The notes beneath the pieces are model-generated. The model saw only the letters and a list, made by a program, of their open reading frames with translations. It had not been told where the DNA came from and ran no database searches. From a virus, in the IMG/VR virus record IMGVR_UViG_3300029585_000037, positions 29,935 to 93,934 of that record: 64,000 nucleotides of DNA. One strand, 5' to 3'. Shown one piece after another: positions 34,982 through 44,869 of this stretch (position 1 is the stretch's first letter; every line of letters begins with the position of its first letter). Both the position numbers and the translations under genes were made by a program.

Positions 34982-35782
34982 ATGCCTGAATTAAGACTAA
35001 AAATAAAGTTCAATAAAAATGAAGGGCTCATAATGAGTCCTTCAGAACTTTTAGACCTATATTTGTCTGGAATACCATTGTGTCATCCTAATGGAGCTAA
35101 GGTTAGTCAATCTACAGTTAAGCAAAAAATAGTAGCTGCACAAAGGCAACTTGAAAATTTCTTATCTATAAAGCTAAATAGACAAGAGATATTTGAAACT
35201 CAAGATTTTAACAGACAAGAATGGATGAGCTGGGGGTTTATAAAGACAGTTTACCCTATAATGGAGCCAAAAATACTTGAAGGCTACATTAATGAAATAA
35301 AACAAGTCACTTATCCAAAAGATTGGTTAAGTATAAAGAATAACAATGACAAAACTAAATTCAGAAATCTTCATTTAGTACCTAATACTGGTGGAGATGG
35401 AGCTACAATGACTAATCATGGTTTTGCATTTTCAGGAATAACTCCACATTTAGGTTATTATGGTTCAGACCATATACCTAATTATTGGAGAGTTACATAC
35501 TGTACGGGATGGAAACCTGGTGAAATTCCTGCTGAACTATTAGATGCTGTAGGTAAGTTAGCTGCAATGCAACTTCTATCAATTACAGGTGATTTAATAT
35601 TTGGTGCTGGTATAGGAAATCAAAGTATATCTATAGATGGTATATCTCAGACATATTCTACTACAAAAGGTGGTGGTAAGGGAGCATTTGCTGGTAGAAT
35701 AGAGCAATATAAGAATGAGCTTGAAAATGAATTAGCGAGATTAAAAGCAGAATATGTAGGAATAACTTTTAGAGTAGTGTAA
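34982..35782 (+). CDS. head-tail joining/neck module protein, putative
   Basis: Position between the capsid and sheath genes only. Confidence 0.4.
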   Translation: MPELRLKIKFNKNEGLIMSPSELLDLYLSGIPLCHPNGAKVSQSTVKQKIVAAQRQLENFLSIKLNRQEIFETQDFNRQEWMSWGFIKTVYPIMEPKILEGYINEIKQVTYPKDWLSIKNNNDKTKFRNLHLVPNTGGDGATMTNHGFAFSGITPHLGYYGSDHIPNYWRVTYCTGWKPGEIPAELLDAVGKLAAMQLLSITGDLIFGAGIGNQSISIDGISQTYSTTKGGGKGAFAGRIEQYKNELENELARLKAEYVGITFRVV

Positions 35783-36576
35783 TGGGTCAAGGTGAAAATT
35801 TTCAAAAAAGAGCAATAATAAGTGAAACTCCACCAGAAAGTGTAGAGCATCAAGTAAGATTTGAACCTCAAAGATTTAATTCACTTGTATTTGACAAAGG
35901 ATATGATGTTTGGCATGATAAGGCTTATAGATGTCCTTGTTCTGTAAAAGGTGCTGGACAACCTTTGACTACATGTAATAATTGTCTTGGAGTTGGTTGG
36001 GTGTTCATTTCCAGAACTTCTACAAGAGTTGCTATACAAAGTATAAAAGCTGACGTCAAGTACGAAAATTGGAGTAAGACAACTACAGGGATGGCTAAGA
36101 TAACTGCAAGAGCAATAGATAAATTAGCCTTTATGGATAGGATTATATTGCAAGATGTTGAAGGGTATTATAATGAGATAATTCGTACAAGAAATTTAAA
36201 AGACAAAATAATAGGGTTTACAGAATATCCTATAATAGAAATAGAAGATGTTATGTTGTTCGATGGAGATAAAAATCCATTAAAGCATCTTAAACAAGGA
36301 GTAGATTTTACTATTGAAGATGAGTCTAAATTAGTTATTGATCCTAAATATGGAGAAAGTCCTGTAATGTCTATAAGGTATAGACACTATATGACATATC
36401 ATATTATTGATATGAATAGAGATATAATTAAAGTTAGACAAAAAAATTGTAAATTGCCTGATGAACAACTAAAAGAAATGCCTATTAGTGGTATAATGCG
36501 TAAGGCTCATTATTTATTCGATAACATAAAATATGAGGCAGAAGATAGACTAATTAGGAATGATGGTACAGACTAA
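35782..36576 (+). CDS. neck module protein with a Cys4 motif, putative
   Basis: CPCSVKGAGQPLTTCNNC zinc-ribbon-like motif; TAATG coupling with the upstream gene. Confidence 0.4.
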   Translation: MGQGENFQKRAIISETPPESVEHQVRFEPQRFNSLVFDKGYDVWHDKAYRCPCSVKGAGQPLTTCNNCLGVGWVFISRTSTRVAIQSIKADVKYENWSKTTTGMAKITARAIDKLAFMDRIILQDVEGYYNEIIRTRNLKDKIIGFTEYPIIEIEDVMLFDGDKNPLKHLKQGVDFTIEDESKLVIDPKYGESPVMSIRYRHYMTYHIIDMNRDIIKVRQKNCKLPDEQLKEMPISGIMRKAHYLFDNIKYEAEDRLIRNDGTD

Positions 36577-36578
36577 CA

Positions 36579-37373
36579 ATGAAAATAGAATTAAACATAG
36601 ATGAACTTATACAGGAATTTAATCTGCCTACAAATACTGCAGATTTTATTGTTGAATCATCTGTTGATTTAGTTACTCAAGAAATTTATCGTAATTGGAC
36701 TCTTCAAGCTACAAAAGGTTTAAAATCTACAAGAAATGAATACATAAATAATCTTAATATAATTGAGAATAGTAGATTTTCCAGAACAATTCTACTTACT
36801 GGAAAATTACCTAATATGCTTGAAAAAGGTATTGGGCCATATGATATGAAAGAACACTTCAGGAAGAGTTCTAAAGTAAAGTATTCAGCTGTAAAAGATA
36901 AGCAAGGTAACATAAAATTAAAGTGGTATCTTACAATACCTTTTAGAATGGGGACACCTGGAATAGTAGGTGAAAATCAAGCATTTTCAGGAATAATGCC
37001 TGCAACTATCCATAATATAGTTAAAAACATGCCATCTAATAAAGGTTTGCAAGCTAAGAATATACCATCACCTTTTAATATACCAAGTAGTCGTAAGGCT
37101 ATTGAATTGCCTAACAGGACTATACCAGAATATAAACATAAAACAAGCATATATGAGGGTTTAACTAAGAAAACAGCAGTTTATGGTAAGACTAATCAAA
37201 ATATGTATGTTTCATTTAGAAGAGTTGGAGAAAACTCTGATCCCAATAGTTGGATACATAGAGGTATTCAGGCTAATAATTTTATGAAAAAAGCATTAAA
37301 TGAAACACAAATAGAGATTGTTGTTGAAAATAATGTGGATCAAATTTTAAGTAATTTAGGATATGGCAAATAA
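36579..37373 (+). CDS. neck module protein, putative
   Basis: Synteny only. Confidence 0.4.
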   Translation: MKIELNIDELIQEFNLPTNTADFIVESSVDLVTQEIYRNWTLQATKGLKSTRNEYINNLNIIENSRFSRTILLTGKLPNMLEKGIGPYDMKEHFRKSSKVKYSAVKDKQGNIKLKWYLTIPFRMGTPGIVGENQAFSGIMPATIHNIVKNMPSNKGLQAKNIPSPFNIPSSRKAIELPNRTIPEYKHKTSIYEGLTKKTAVYGKTNQNMYVSFRRVGENSDPNSWIHRGIQANNFMKKALNETQIEIVVENNVDQILSNLGYGK

Positions 37374-38040
37374 TGGAGAGGCAGTTTTAATGCCAGAAAT
37401 AGTATTATACAATACATTAAAGTCTTTTTTTAAGATAATTAAAGATGACTTTTCAGAACAGACTGAACAAGAAGATACGCTATTGTATAAGATATTTGCA
37501 AAAGACAATTGTGATAATGATGTTAAATTTGAAAATTTTAATTATCTTGAACAAGCAATTCAAACTTTTGTAAATAAAACACCTGAAGTTAATTTAGGTT
37601 ATAATATGGAAGTTAGTGCTATGGGTTGTGTTCACATATTACTGCCTCAAGAAACTGGTAAACCAATGGCAATAGGGGCTGACGAGAATTATCAACCTAA
37701 TATTATAAATTCTGAAGAAACAGAGTATAGAGCAGTGTTTACTCAATCATTTTCATCTACATATAATTTGATGATAAGTTCTGAAAATACATTTGAAGTA
37801 ATTTTGATTTATAATCTTATGAAAGCTGGTTTGATAAGTTTAAATGCACATTTAGGATTATCTGGATTACAAAATCCAAGAATAGGTGGTAGTGATGTGA
37901 CTATGCAAAATGATTTAATACCACCTCATATATTTCACAGATCATTAACTATAAATTTTGATTATGAAGTGAATGTTCCTAATTTCTTTTCCAGAAAAAT
38001 AATAAAAGATTTTGTAGCTGAAGGAACTCCAATACCATAA
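37363..38040 (+). CDS. neck or tail-terminator module protein, putative
   Basis: Synteny only; overlaps the upstream gene by 11 nt. Confidence 0.4.
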   Translation: MANNGEAVLMPEIVLYNTLKSFFKIIKDDFSEQTEQEDTLLYKIFAKDNCDNDVKFENFNYLEQAIQTFVNKTPEVNLGYNMEVSAMGCVHILLPQETGKPMAIGADENYQPNIINSEETEYRAVFTQSFSSTYNLMISSENTFEVILIYNLMKAGLISLNAHLGLSGLQNPRIGGSDVTMQNDLIPPHIFHRSLTINFDYEVNVPNFFSRKIIKDFVAEGTPIP

Positions 38041-38054
38041 TAATTCAAACAATA

Positions 38055-38064
38055 ACAGTTATTA
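38055..38064 (+). promoter_or_regulatory. class B intergenic motif ACAGTTATTA
   Basis: Intergenic copy upstream of ATG 38087, at the head of the tail operon. Confidence 0.35.
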
Positions 38065-38086
38065 TTGAAATATAAAATCATAAATC

Positions 38087-38338
38087 ATGACTGTAGAAAA
38101 ATTCGCAAGTAAATACAAAATGTCATCAAGAGATAAGGCTATTGCTAAAAAAATCTATGGTGATGTAGAAAAAGATGAAGCTCAGTGGATAAATGAGCTT
38201 AAAGATAAATTTGTTTTCGATTATGATAAAGCAGATAAAATCTTAAAAGTAAAAGAGATCAAGAGCAAGTCTTCATCTAAGAATGAAAAAGACGATAAAA
38301 AAGCCGAAACAAAGGCTAAAACTAATAATAAAAAATAA
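38087..38338 (+). CDS. hypothetical Lys-rich protein (83 aa)
   Basis: ATG ORF immediately upstream of the sheath gene. Confidence 0.5.
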   Translation: MTVEKFASKYKMSSRDKAIAKKIYGDVEKDEAQWINELKDKFVFDYDKADKILKVKEIKSKSSSKNEKDDKKAETKAKTNNKK

Positions 38339-38343
38339 CGAGC

Positions 38344-40293
38344 ATGGCAACAGTTGTAAGTTTCAATGGTAAACGAATTATAGAGCCAGGTGTCTATTCT
38401 CAGATTAAGAGTGGAATACCTGCAAGACCAAATAGCTTTTCATTTGGTAACCTTATGATTATAGATACAGGAAGTGGAGCTAAATATGGCGGTGGTTCTG
38501 GTATTAATGGTCAATTTGCAAATGGTTTAAATGCTGTTTATTCTTTTGATGATGTAGATGACTTTAAAGCCTTTGTTAAAGGTGGTTTAATGTGGGATTT
38601 AGCAGATTATATATTTAATCCTTTAAATGGCGCATCTGGACCAGAGACAGTATATATCGCAAGAGCAGCAGAAACTACTCCAGCAGAAATTAACCTAAAC
38701 TTAGTAGGTGGAGGAGCAAATGGAGGAACAGTAACATTATTAGCTAAAAACGAGGGTGAAGCTGGTAATGGTAAATTAGATGAACAACTTGCTGAAGCAG
38801 TAGTAAGAATTGATCTTTCAGGTGCTGCAATTGGTCAAGATTATAATATAGATTTTACAATAGATGGAACAGTTTATGGTTTCAATCATGTATTAGAAAG
38901 TTTATCTACAATACAAGAACAAGCTGCCATGGCTGATGCTATAAATTCTGATAATACTGGAGTTACAGCATATGTTCGTGATCAATATTTAATATTAGTT
39001 GCTCCAGATAATACTGGAGATACTTGGAATGATGAAGAAATAACTTTAAGTGGAGATGTAGTAGCTCCAGCAGGATATACGGCTAAATTCCAAAATGGAG
39101 TTAATGGTACTAAGTTAATTAGAGGTTATGCTGCAAAAGTTATTACTGCTGAAACAGATGGTTATTTACAAGTAGAATTTTATGAAGGAACTTACAATGG
39201 TGCTACTCCAGATGGAAATCATTATGGCGGATTAGAGCCTAAACAAACAAAGCCTGATTTATTAACAGTAAGTCCTGAATTTAATAATATAGATACTTTT
39301 ATACAATGGGCTAAAAACGATTTTGTATTAGGTAAGATTTTTGGAGTTTCTGAAAATTATATAATCAATGGAGATGGCTCAGTAGATGAAGATGATGTTA
39401 CTGATTTAGTACTTGCAGAAAATGGTTCAGAAACTTACAATCCAGCTGATTTAGATAGACTTCTTGATGATATAAGAGAATTAGACAATACATTCTTTTT
39501 AAGTGATAGAGGTGGTGATCAAGCAAGAAGTGTTCAGAATATGAAAATACTTAATCATATCCAAGACGATGCTGAGTTTGATAAATTCTTAATTGTAGCT
39601 GGTGGGGATGATGAAACTAAATTTGAAGGTGATCCAAATTCAAGTATAGAAATAGCTAAATTTTTCGATACTACAGATGTTATAGTAGTTCACTCTGGTA
39701 TAAATAAAGAAGTATTCAATACTGGATTGTTTGAAAAGATGCCTGCTTTGTATCATGCTGCTAACTTTGCTGGACGCTTAGGTGGACTTGAATCTCAAGT
39801 GCCTGCAACATTTAAGGCTTTACGATTGAAAAACTTTAGACACGTTTTAGGCATGAAAGAACGTGAGAAAGCACTTCAGGCTGGAGTAATACACAATCGT
39901 TTCGTGCCAGGCATAGGTAACGTGGTAAACCAAGCTGTAAACTCATTACAGCGTAATACTCAACTGATAAATACGGATGGAACTTCATTCGAGATATCAA
40001 TTATGAGAATTGGAGCTCAATTGAACAAAGAATTAACACTGAATATGAGACCTTTATTTGTAGGTAATAACAGAGGCACTGTTACTGCTGCAGATGTTAA
40101 GTCTTTTGTAGAGGGTTATTTACTTAGTAAAACAGCAACTACAAATTCTGATAACTTAATAATCAGTTTCAAAAATATTACTGTACGTCTAATTGAAGAC
40201 TACTATGATGTTAAATATGGATTTGTTCCTAATGGTCCAATAAATAAATTGTTTAATACTGGATTTATGTTAGATACTAATTTATCAGCATAA
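38344..40293 (+). CDS. tail sheath protein
   Basis: 649 aa; N-terminal ...IIEPGVYSQI... typical of sheath proteins; followed by tube, two small ORFs and a tape measure. Confidence 0.75.
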   Translation: MATVVSFNGKRIIEPGVYSQIKSGIPARPNSFSFGNLMIIDTGSGAKYGGGSGINGQFANGLNAVYSFDDVDDFKAFVKGGLMWDLADYIFNPLNGASGPETVYIARAAETTPAEINLNLVGGGANGGTVTLLAKNEGEAGNGKLDEQLAEAVVRIDLSGAAIGQDYNIDFTIDGTVYGFNHVLESLSTIQEQAAMADAINSDNTGVTAYVRDQYLILVAPDNTGDTWNDEEITLSGDVVAPAGYTAKFQNGVNGTKLIRGYAAKVITAETDGYLQVEFYEGTYNGATPDGNHYGGLEPKQTKPDLLTVSPEFNNIDTFIQWAKNDFVLGKIFGVSENYIINGDGSVDEDDVTDLVLAENGSETYNPADLDRLLDDIRELDNTFFLSDRGGDQARSVQNMKILNHIQDDAEFDKFLIVAGGDDETKFEGDPNSSIEIAKFFDTTDVIVVHSGINKEVFNTGLFEKMPALYHAANFAGRLGGLESQVPATFKALRLKNFRHVLGMKEREKALQAGVIHNRFVPGIGNVVNQAVNSLQRNTQLINTDGTSFEISIMRIGAQLNKELTLNMRPLFVGNNRGTVTAADVKSFVEGYLLSKTATTNSDNLIISFKNITVRLIEDYYDVKYGFVPNGPINKLFNTGFMLDTNLSA

Positions 40294-40314
40294 TAACTAA
40301 TAAAAAGAAATAAG

Positions 40315-40800
40315 ATGGCACAAAAAGTAATGACTGCTCCTTTGGCGATTATAAAAGTAGATGGTATCGCAGTTGGTAAAATGAAAAATATCCGTGTTAC
40401 CGAAAACATAAGACGTGGTAAGGTGCAAGGTATAGGTGAATTGACTCCTCAAGAAGTACCTGCATTAGATTGGAGTGGAACTCTTAATGCTGGTTTCTAT
40501 TCTATCACTTTCAACAATCAAGATCAATTGATTAAGAAAGCATTGTTACGTAATGTAAACAACTTACAAGAATGGGTCGACACCGTTCTATTACAAGAAG
40601 ATGGGATAACGATAGACATTATGAAAAAAGTCAAAGATTATCAAGACCCAGCGACAGGGATTATATATCCAGAATTTGAGCTATTTGCCAGCATTAGAAG
40701 TGCTTTTAGTACTAAAGAGGGGTTTGATATATCTGAAGGTCAGATATCTGGCAGAGACGTGGATTTTGAGTATATAACACCTATCTTATTCCCAGTATAG
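40315..40800 (+). CDS. tail tube protein
   Basis: 161 aa directly after the sheath gene; size and position canonical for contractile tails. Confidence 0.7.
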   Translation: MAQKVMTAPLAIIKVDGIAVGKMKNIRVTENIRRGKVQGIGELTPQEVPALDWSGTLNAGFYSITFNNQDQLIKKALLRNVNNLQEWVDTVLLQEDGITIDIMKKVKDYQDPATGIIYPEFELFASIRSAFSTKEGFDISEGQISGRDVDFEYITPILFPV

Positions 40801-40832
40801 AAACAAATTTTTAATAACGTAAATTTTTTAGA

Positions 40833-41210
40833 ATGGTTTTACAACAAATTATTCAAATCAAAGGTAAGGACTACAATGTAAAGTTTCCAACAGTAGGACA
40901 ACTTATGGATATTGAGTCGTTTAAAATATCTTACACAAATGGTAAGTATATTGATATGGCATTAAGTGGTATGAGAGTTCATTTATTTGCTTTAGATATA
41001 GCAGATGCTTTGTCTTATTTCGCTATACTCATTCCAGAATTGAAGACTGATTTAAAGGTTAAAAACTGGCGTGATATAGATATAAATTTAGCTAAAGAAC
41101 TTGTTGAAGTCTATAAAGACAAATTCATTCCTTGGTACAAACCTATCATAGACGATTTATACGGATTTGATAAAAAGGGTGAACAAGATGGCAAACAAGT
41201 TAAGGAATGA
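40833..41210 (+). CDS. tail assembly chaperone, putative
   Basis: Position between the tube and tape measure genes. Confidence 0.5.
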   Translation: MVLQQIIQIKGKDYNVKFPTVGQLMDIESFKISYTNGKYIDMALSGMRVHLFALDIADALSYFAILIPELKTDLKVKNWRDIDINLAKELVEVYKDKFIPWYKPIIDDLYGFDKKGEQDGKQVKE

Positions 41211-41490
41211 TATCCATAAATTCATAATAGATTGGAATCAAAAATTTCCAATAGACTACTGGTGGAGAACAAAATACTCAATTCCATTTGGTAGCGAAAA
41301 ACATCGCAATACTACATTTATAGATATGTTCATCGATTATGAAGAAGATAAATTGATGAACAATATCTACAGAGAAAACTTACCTGAAGATGATAGCTTA
41401 GTAGGTAATTCTATGAATCAACAAGACATAGATGACGCTTTTGACAACATTGATTTAAGCAACTATAATAATGTAAAAGAAGATAACTAA
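41188..41490 (+). CDS. second tail assembly protein, putative (100 aa from ATG 41188)
   Basis: The track start at 41167 is a TTG; ATG at 41188 in the same frame; overlaps the upstream ORF by 23 nt. Confidence 0.4.
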   Translation: MANKLRNDIHKFIIDWNQKFPIDYWWRTKYSIPFGSEKHRNTTFIDMFIDYEEDKLMNNIYRENLPEDDSLVGNSMNQQDIDDAFDNIDLSNYNNVKEDN

Positions 41491-43364
41491 TGTCTGATGT
41501 TAACATAAATATTCGTGGTAGAGATGATGGTTTAGGTAACCAATTAGATAATTTGCGCCAAAAAGCAAAAAGTCTTGGTAGAGACATAGATGACTTGAAC
41601 AGAATGTCTCAAATGACTCCTACTGAAAGAAAGTTATCTATCAAAGATGTTAATGATGATACGTTAAGAGAGCAAAGACGTAGAATTAAACAAGAATTTG
41701 AGGAAGCAAGAAAGGCTAATGATAGAGAATTTTCACAAGCAAGAGATGATTTCAGTTCTGGTAGAATATCTAAGGAAGCATTTGATGAACAAAAGAAGAG
41801 ATTTTCCAGCAGTAATTTAGACTTAAATACTGAAATGGAGCAAGAACTCTTACAGGTTGAAAAAGAGTCAGCTGCTTTACTTAGAGAAATTTACAAAGAA
41901 CTTGCAACTCAAGATAAATTAGACCGTGAAAGAGCACAAAGAGATAAGGATGAATTTAATGAAAGCAAACAAGGTGGTTTATTTGGTAGTTTAGCTTCAG
42001 AGAATAGAAAATTAAGAGCACAACAAGCAGCATCAACAGATGAGGCAGAAATTAAGTTATTACAAGACAGAATTGACAATAACAATTCTCAGATGCGTAG
42101 CTTAAAAGATACTGGTAATGACACAGATTATAGTGGTTTTCAAAATGGAGCATTAGCAGCTGCAAGAGGGGATTTATCTGGAACTGTAATGGGTGGTATG
42201 CAAGGATTTGCTGGTATGGGTAAATTAGCTAAAGGATTTACTATTGCAGGTTTAATTGCTATGGTTGTAAAGGAATTTATAGGTCATGGTGATAAAATAC
42301 AAGAAGCAATAGGGCAATCAGCTGCTATGCGTGGTATGGGAAAGACAGGTGCAGGTACTAATAGTAGATTACAAGAAATAATTGCTGGAGATAGTAGAGT
42401 TAATGATTTAGGATTAGGTGGAGAAGATTTAGCTGAAATGATGAATCAAAAGGCTTTAGCATCCAGAATGACTGGTGATTTGACTGGCAGAACTCTTGAT
42501 GATTTAGCATTCCAAAAAGGATTTGGAGCAGATGTAGGTATGTTTTCACAATTTGAAAGATTTACAAAAAATCAAGAAAATTCTACAACTATTGGTTTAG
42601 ATGTATTGAATGTCTTAACTTCTATACAAAGAAGTAATTTAAAAGAGGGTGATTTAGCAGCTTTAGGTGAAAAGTTAGACTCACAACAAACTATAATGTC
42701 TATTCAGAGACAAAAACGTGACTCTGTAGATAATACTAATGCTTTAAGAGTTTTAGCAGCATTTGAAAGTATAGGTTTAAGTGATAAGGGTGAAAAAGGT
42801 GGAGACTTCTTATCTCAAACTATACAAGGATTAGGTGAAGGTGGTGGAGACAATGCTATGTTGTTAAAGTATGAAGCAGCAAGAAGAGCAAGACCTGATT
42901 TAGCTAATGATCCAGCAGCACTTAGAAGATTTGTAAGATTTAATTCTGATGATCCAACTTACATGAAAGAAGCATTAGGATTTTTAGGTGATGTTTCAGG
43001 TGGAGATGAAATGGCTATGGACGATTTGATTTATACATTATTTAATCCTCAATCTGAAAAGGATATGCAAATGTATAAGAAAGCTATGCGAGGTGATGAA
43101 GGGTTTAATAGACTTCTAACTGGTACTGGAATAGAAGATATGAAGCAGCGTAAAACAACGCTTGATAAGGATACAATGTATGAAGATGCTATGAAAACAG
43201 TTGGTGCTGTAACTGAAGCGATGAACGGATTTTCAAATTTCATGCAACAATTATTTATAGACCCATCTGGAGCACTTAATGTTAATGTTGTTTCAGATAA
43301 AACAAAAACAGGTAAGTCCAATAGTACGACTATACCAGCTAACAAAACAAGAACAGGTAAATAA
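41490..43364 (+). CDS. tape measure protein
   Basis: 624 aa; coiled-coil N-terminal half; Gly/Ala/Met hydrophobic segment GGMQGFAGMGKLAKGFTIAGLIAMVV; canonical position. Confidence 0.75.
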   Translation: MSDVNINIRGRDDGLGNQLDNLRQKAKSLGRDIDDLNRMSQMTPTERKLSIKDVNDDTLREQRRRIKQEFEEARKANDREFSQARDDFSSGRISKEAFDEQKKRFSSSNLDLNTEMEQELLQVEKESAALLREIYKELATQDKLDRERAQRDKDEFNESKQGGLFGSLASENRKLRAQQAASTDEAEIKLLQDRIDNNNSQMRSLKDTGNDTDYSGFQNGALAAARGDLSGTVMGGMQGFAGMGKLAKGFTIAGLIAMVVKEFIGHGDKIQEAIGQSAAMRGMGKTGAGTNSRLQEIIAGDSRVNDLGLGGEDLAEMMNQKALASRMTGDLTGRTLDDLAFQKGFGADVGMFSQFERFTKNQENSTTIGLDVLNVLTSIQRSNLKEGDLAALGEKLDSQQTIMSIQRQKRDSVDNTNALRVLAAFESIGLSDKGEKGGDFLSQTIQGLGEGGGDNAMLLKYEAARRARPDLANDPAALRRFVRFNSDDPTYMKEALGFLGDVSGGDEMAMDDLIYTLFNPQSEKDMQMYKKAMRGDEGFNRLLTGTGIEDMKQRKTTLDKDTMYEDAMKTVGAVTEAMNGFSNFMQQLFIDPSGALNVNVVSDKTKTGKSNSTTIPANKTRTGK

Positions 43365-44869
43365 TGGGTAGAATAGTAGAACTTCATTATAATGGTGAAA
43401 TTGGTTATAATCAATCTTTAAAGAATGTAATTCAATTCTTTAAGGCAACAATCACAACAGATGAATTCTTAGATTTTAAGGGTGAGAATGGTTTAAGTAA
43501 TAGAGAACTTGTTTTTGATACATATGATGTAAAAACAAAAATAAAACAAGACTTAGCTGATCAAGATGGAGTAGATATAAAAACCTTTGAAGATATAGAT
43601 GTTCTTATGCCTTGTCCTGTTCCTATGGTTTTCTTCATAGATGGAGATTTTATAACAAAAGATATAATAGTAGGTCAAGGCAATTTATTAGCTGACAATT
43701 TTTCAGTTACAAATTTAGGTGTTTCAAAAGATCAAGAAAAATCTGCATTTAGTGCTTATACTAATAAATTTTTTGAAGAAAATATAAGATTTATAGAAGA
43801 TAACTTCAGTGATAATTCTAAAATTGATTATTTTGGAAATTCTGAAAGACAGCATTTAAGTCCAACCGTATGGATATGGTGTAAAAGTTTAAATGAAAAT
43901 GGAGAATTTAATCCTAATTCTATATTCAATCTAAGTCCTTTTATACAATCATTAGATATAAACAATACTGAAACAGGTGGTAATTTTTCTTTGAATTTAA
44001 TTCCTATTAGTGGTATTTTAGATACAGATGAAGATGGTTTACCAGTAGGTATTTGGCACCCTTTAAAGTCACAATATGTAAAATTTAAAAAGAATGGAAG
44101 AGATAATTTCTTTTTCAGAAGTATTTTAAACCAGCGAGGCACCAGAAAAACTACTGATGAGGGATATATTACTCCAGATACCACTTTCGGCAGAAGATAC
44201 CAGAATACAAGTACTAATAATCTGAATTTCCAAGATGTGAAACAGGATGGAGAAGTTAGCACAACTATTCGTAGTGAAGTTTTGTTTAAAAATATGATTG
44301 CTGAGAATGACGTTATATTTATAAGTTTTCATGAAAGAAATTTCGCAGACAATATGTCAGATGATTTTTTTATAGGTCATCATAATTTAGCAGAACAAGA
44401 GTGGGATATGATTGGGTTAGTAGATACTAATTCAACAGGTATTGTTTTTGAAAATTCAGATGTAACATCTGATATATCAGGTCGTGATTTAATGAAATTG
44501 TTGTTAGAGGATGGATCATATTTCTTTGCTAAAAGTTTTACTAATCCAGATGACTCTAATACAGCATTTGATAATGTTGATTTGCCATTTTCTGGAGATG
44601 ATTCCAATACTACAAATCAAAATTTTGAAGGTAATGGGAAATCCTTAAATAGACTTGTGACAACAGGAATGATAAATATGTTGTTTGGACAAGAAGCAAG
44701 AAATGTTCATTTTGTAATGAATTTATTGATTAGTAGATTAGCTAATATTGAAATTTGTCCTACTCAATTATTTGAGTATTACGGAGATAAAAGAACTAAA
44801 TTTTCTGTACCTACTTATGAAACAGTAGTTGAAGAAGTAGATACAGATGAAGATATAGATAAAGATTAA
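43364..44869 (+). CDS. baseplate/tail-tip module protein, putative
   Basis: TAATG coupling to the tape measure gene; synteny only. Confidence 0.45.
   Translation: MGRIVELHYNGEIGYNQSLKNVIQFFKATITTDEFLDFKGENGLSNRELVFDTYDVKTKIKQDLADQDGVDIKTFEDIDVLMPCPVPMVFFIDGDFITKDIIVGQGNLLADNFSVTNLGVSKDQEKSAFSAYTNKFFEENIRFIEDNFSDNSKIDYFGNSERQHLSPTVWIWCKSLNENGEFNPNSIFNLSPFIQSLDINNTETGGNFSLNLIPISGILDTDEDGLPVGIWHPLKSQYVKFKKNGRDNFFFRSILNQRGTRKTTDEGYITPDTTFGRRYQNTSTNNLNFQDVKQDGEVSTTIRSEVLFKNMIAENDVIFISFHERNFADNMSDDFFIGHHNLAEQEWDMIGLVDTNSTGIVFENSDVTSDISGRDLMKLLLEDGSYFFAKSFTNPDDSNTAFDNVDLPFSGDDSNTTNQNFEGNGKSLNRLVTTGMINMLFGQEARNVHFVMNLLISRLANIEICPTQLFEYYGDKRTKFSVPTYETVVEEVDTDEDIDKD

Noticed and set aside
41152-41210. 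Programmed -1 frameshift joining the two ORFs between the tube and tape measure genes (as in the gpG/GT or gpE/E' pairs)
   Set aside because: The second ORF lies in the +1 frame relative to the first, not the -1 frame. The only A-run (GATAAAAAGG) is not a proper X XXY YYZ heptamer. The downstream ORF has its own ATG at 41188. A +1 or -2 event cannot be excluded without data.
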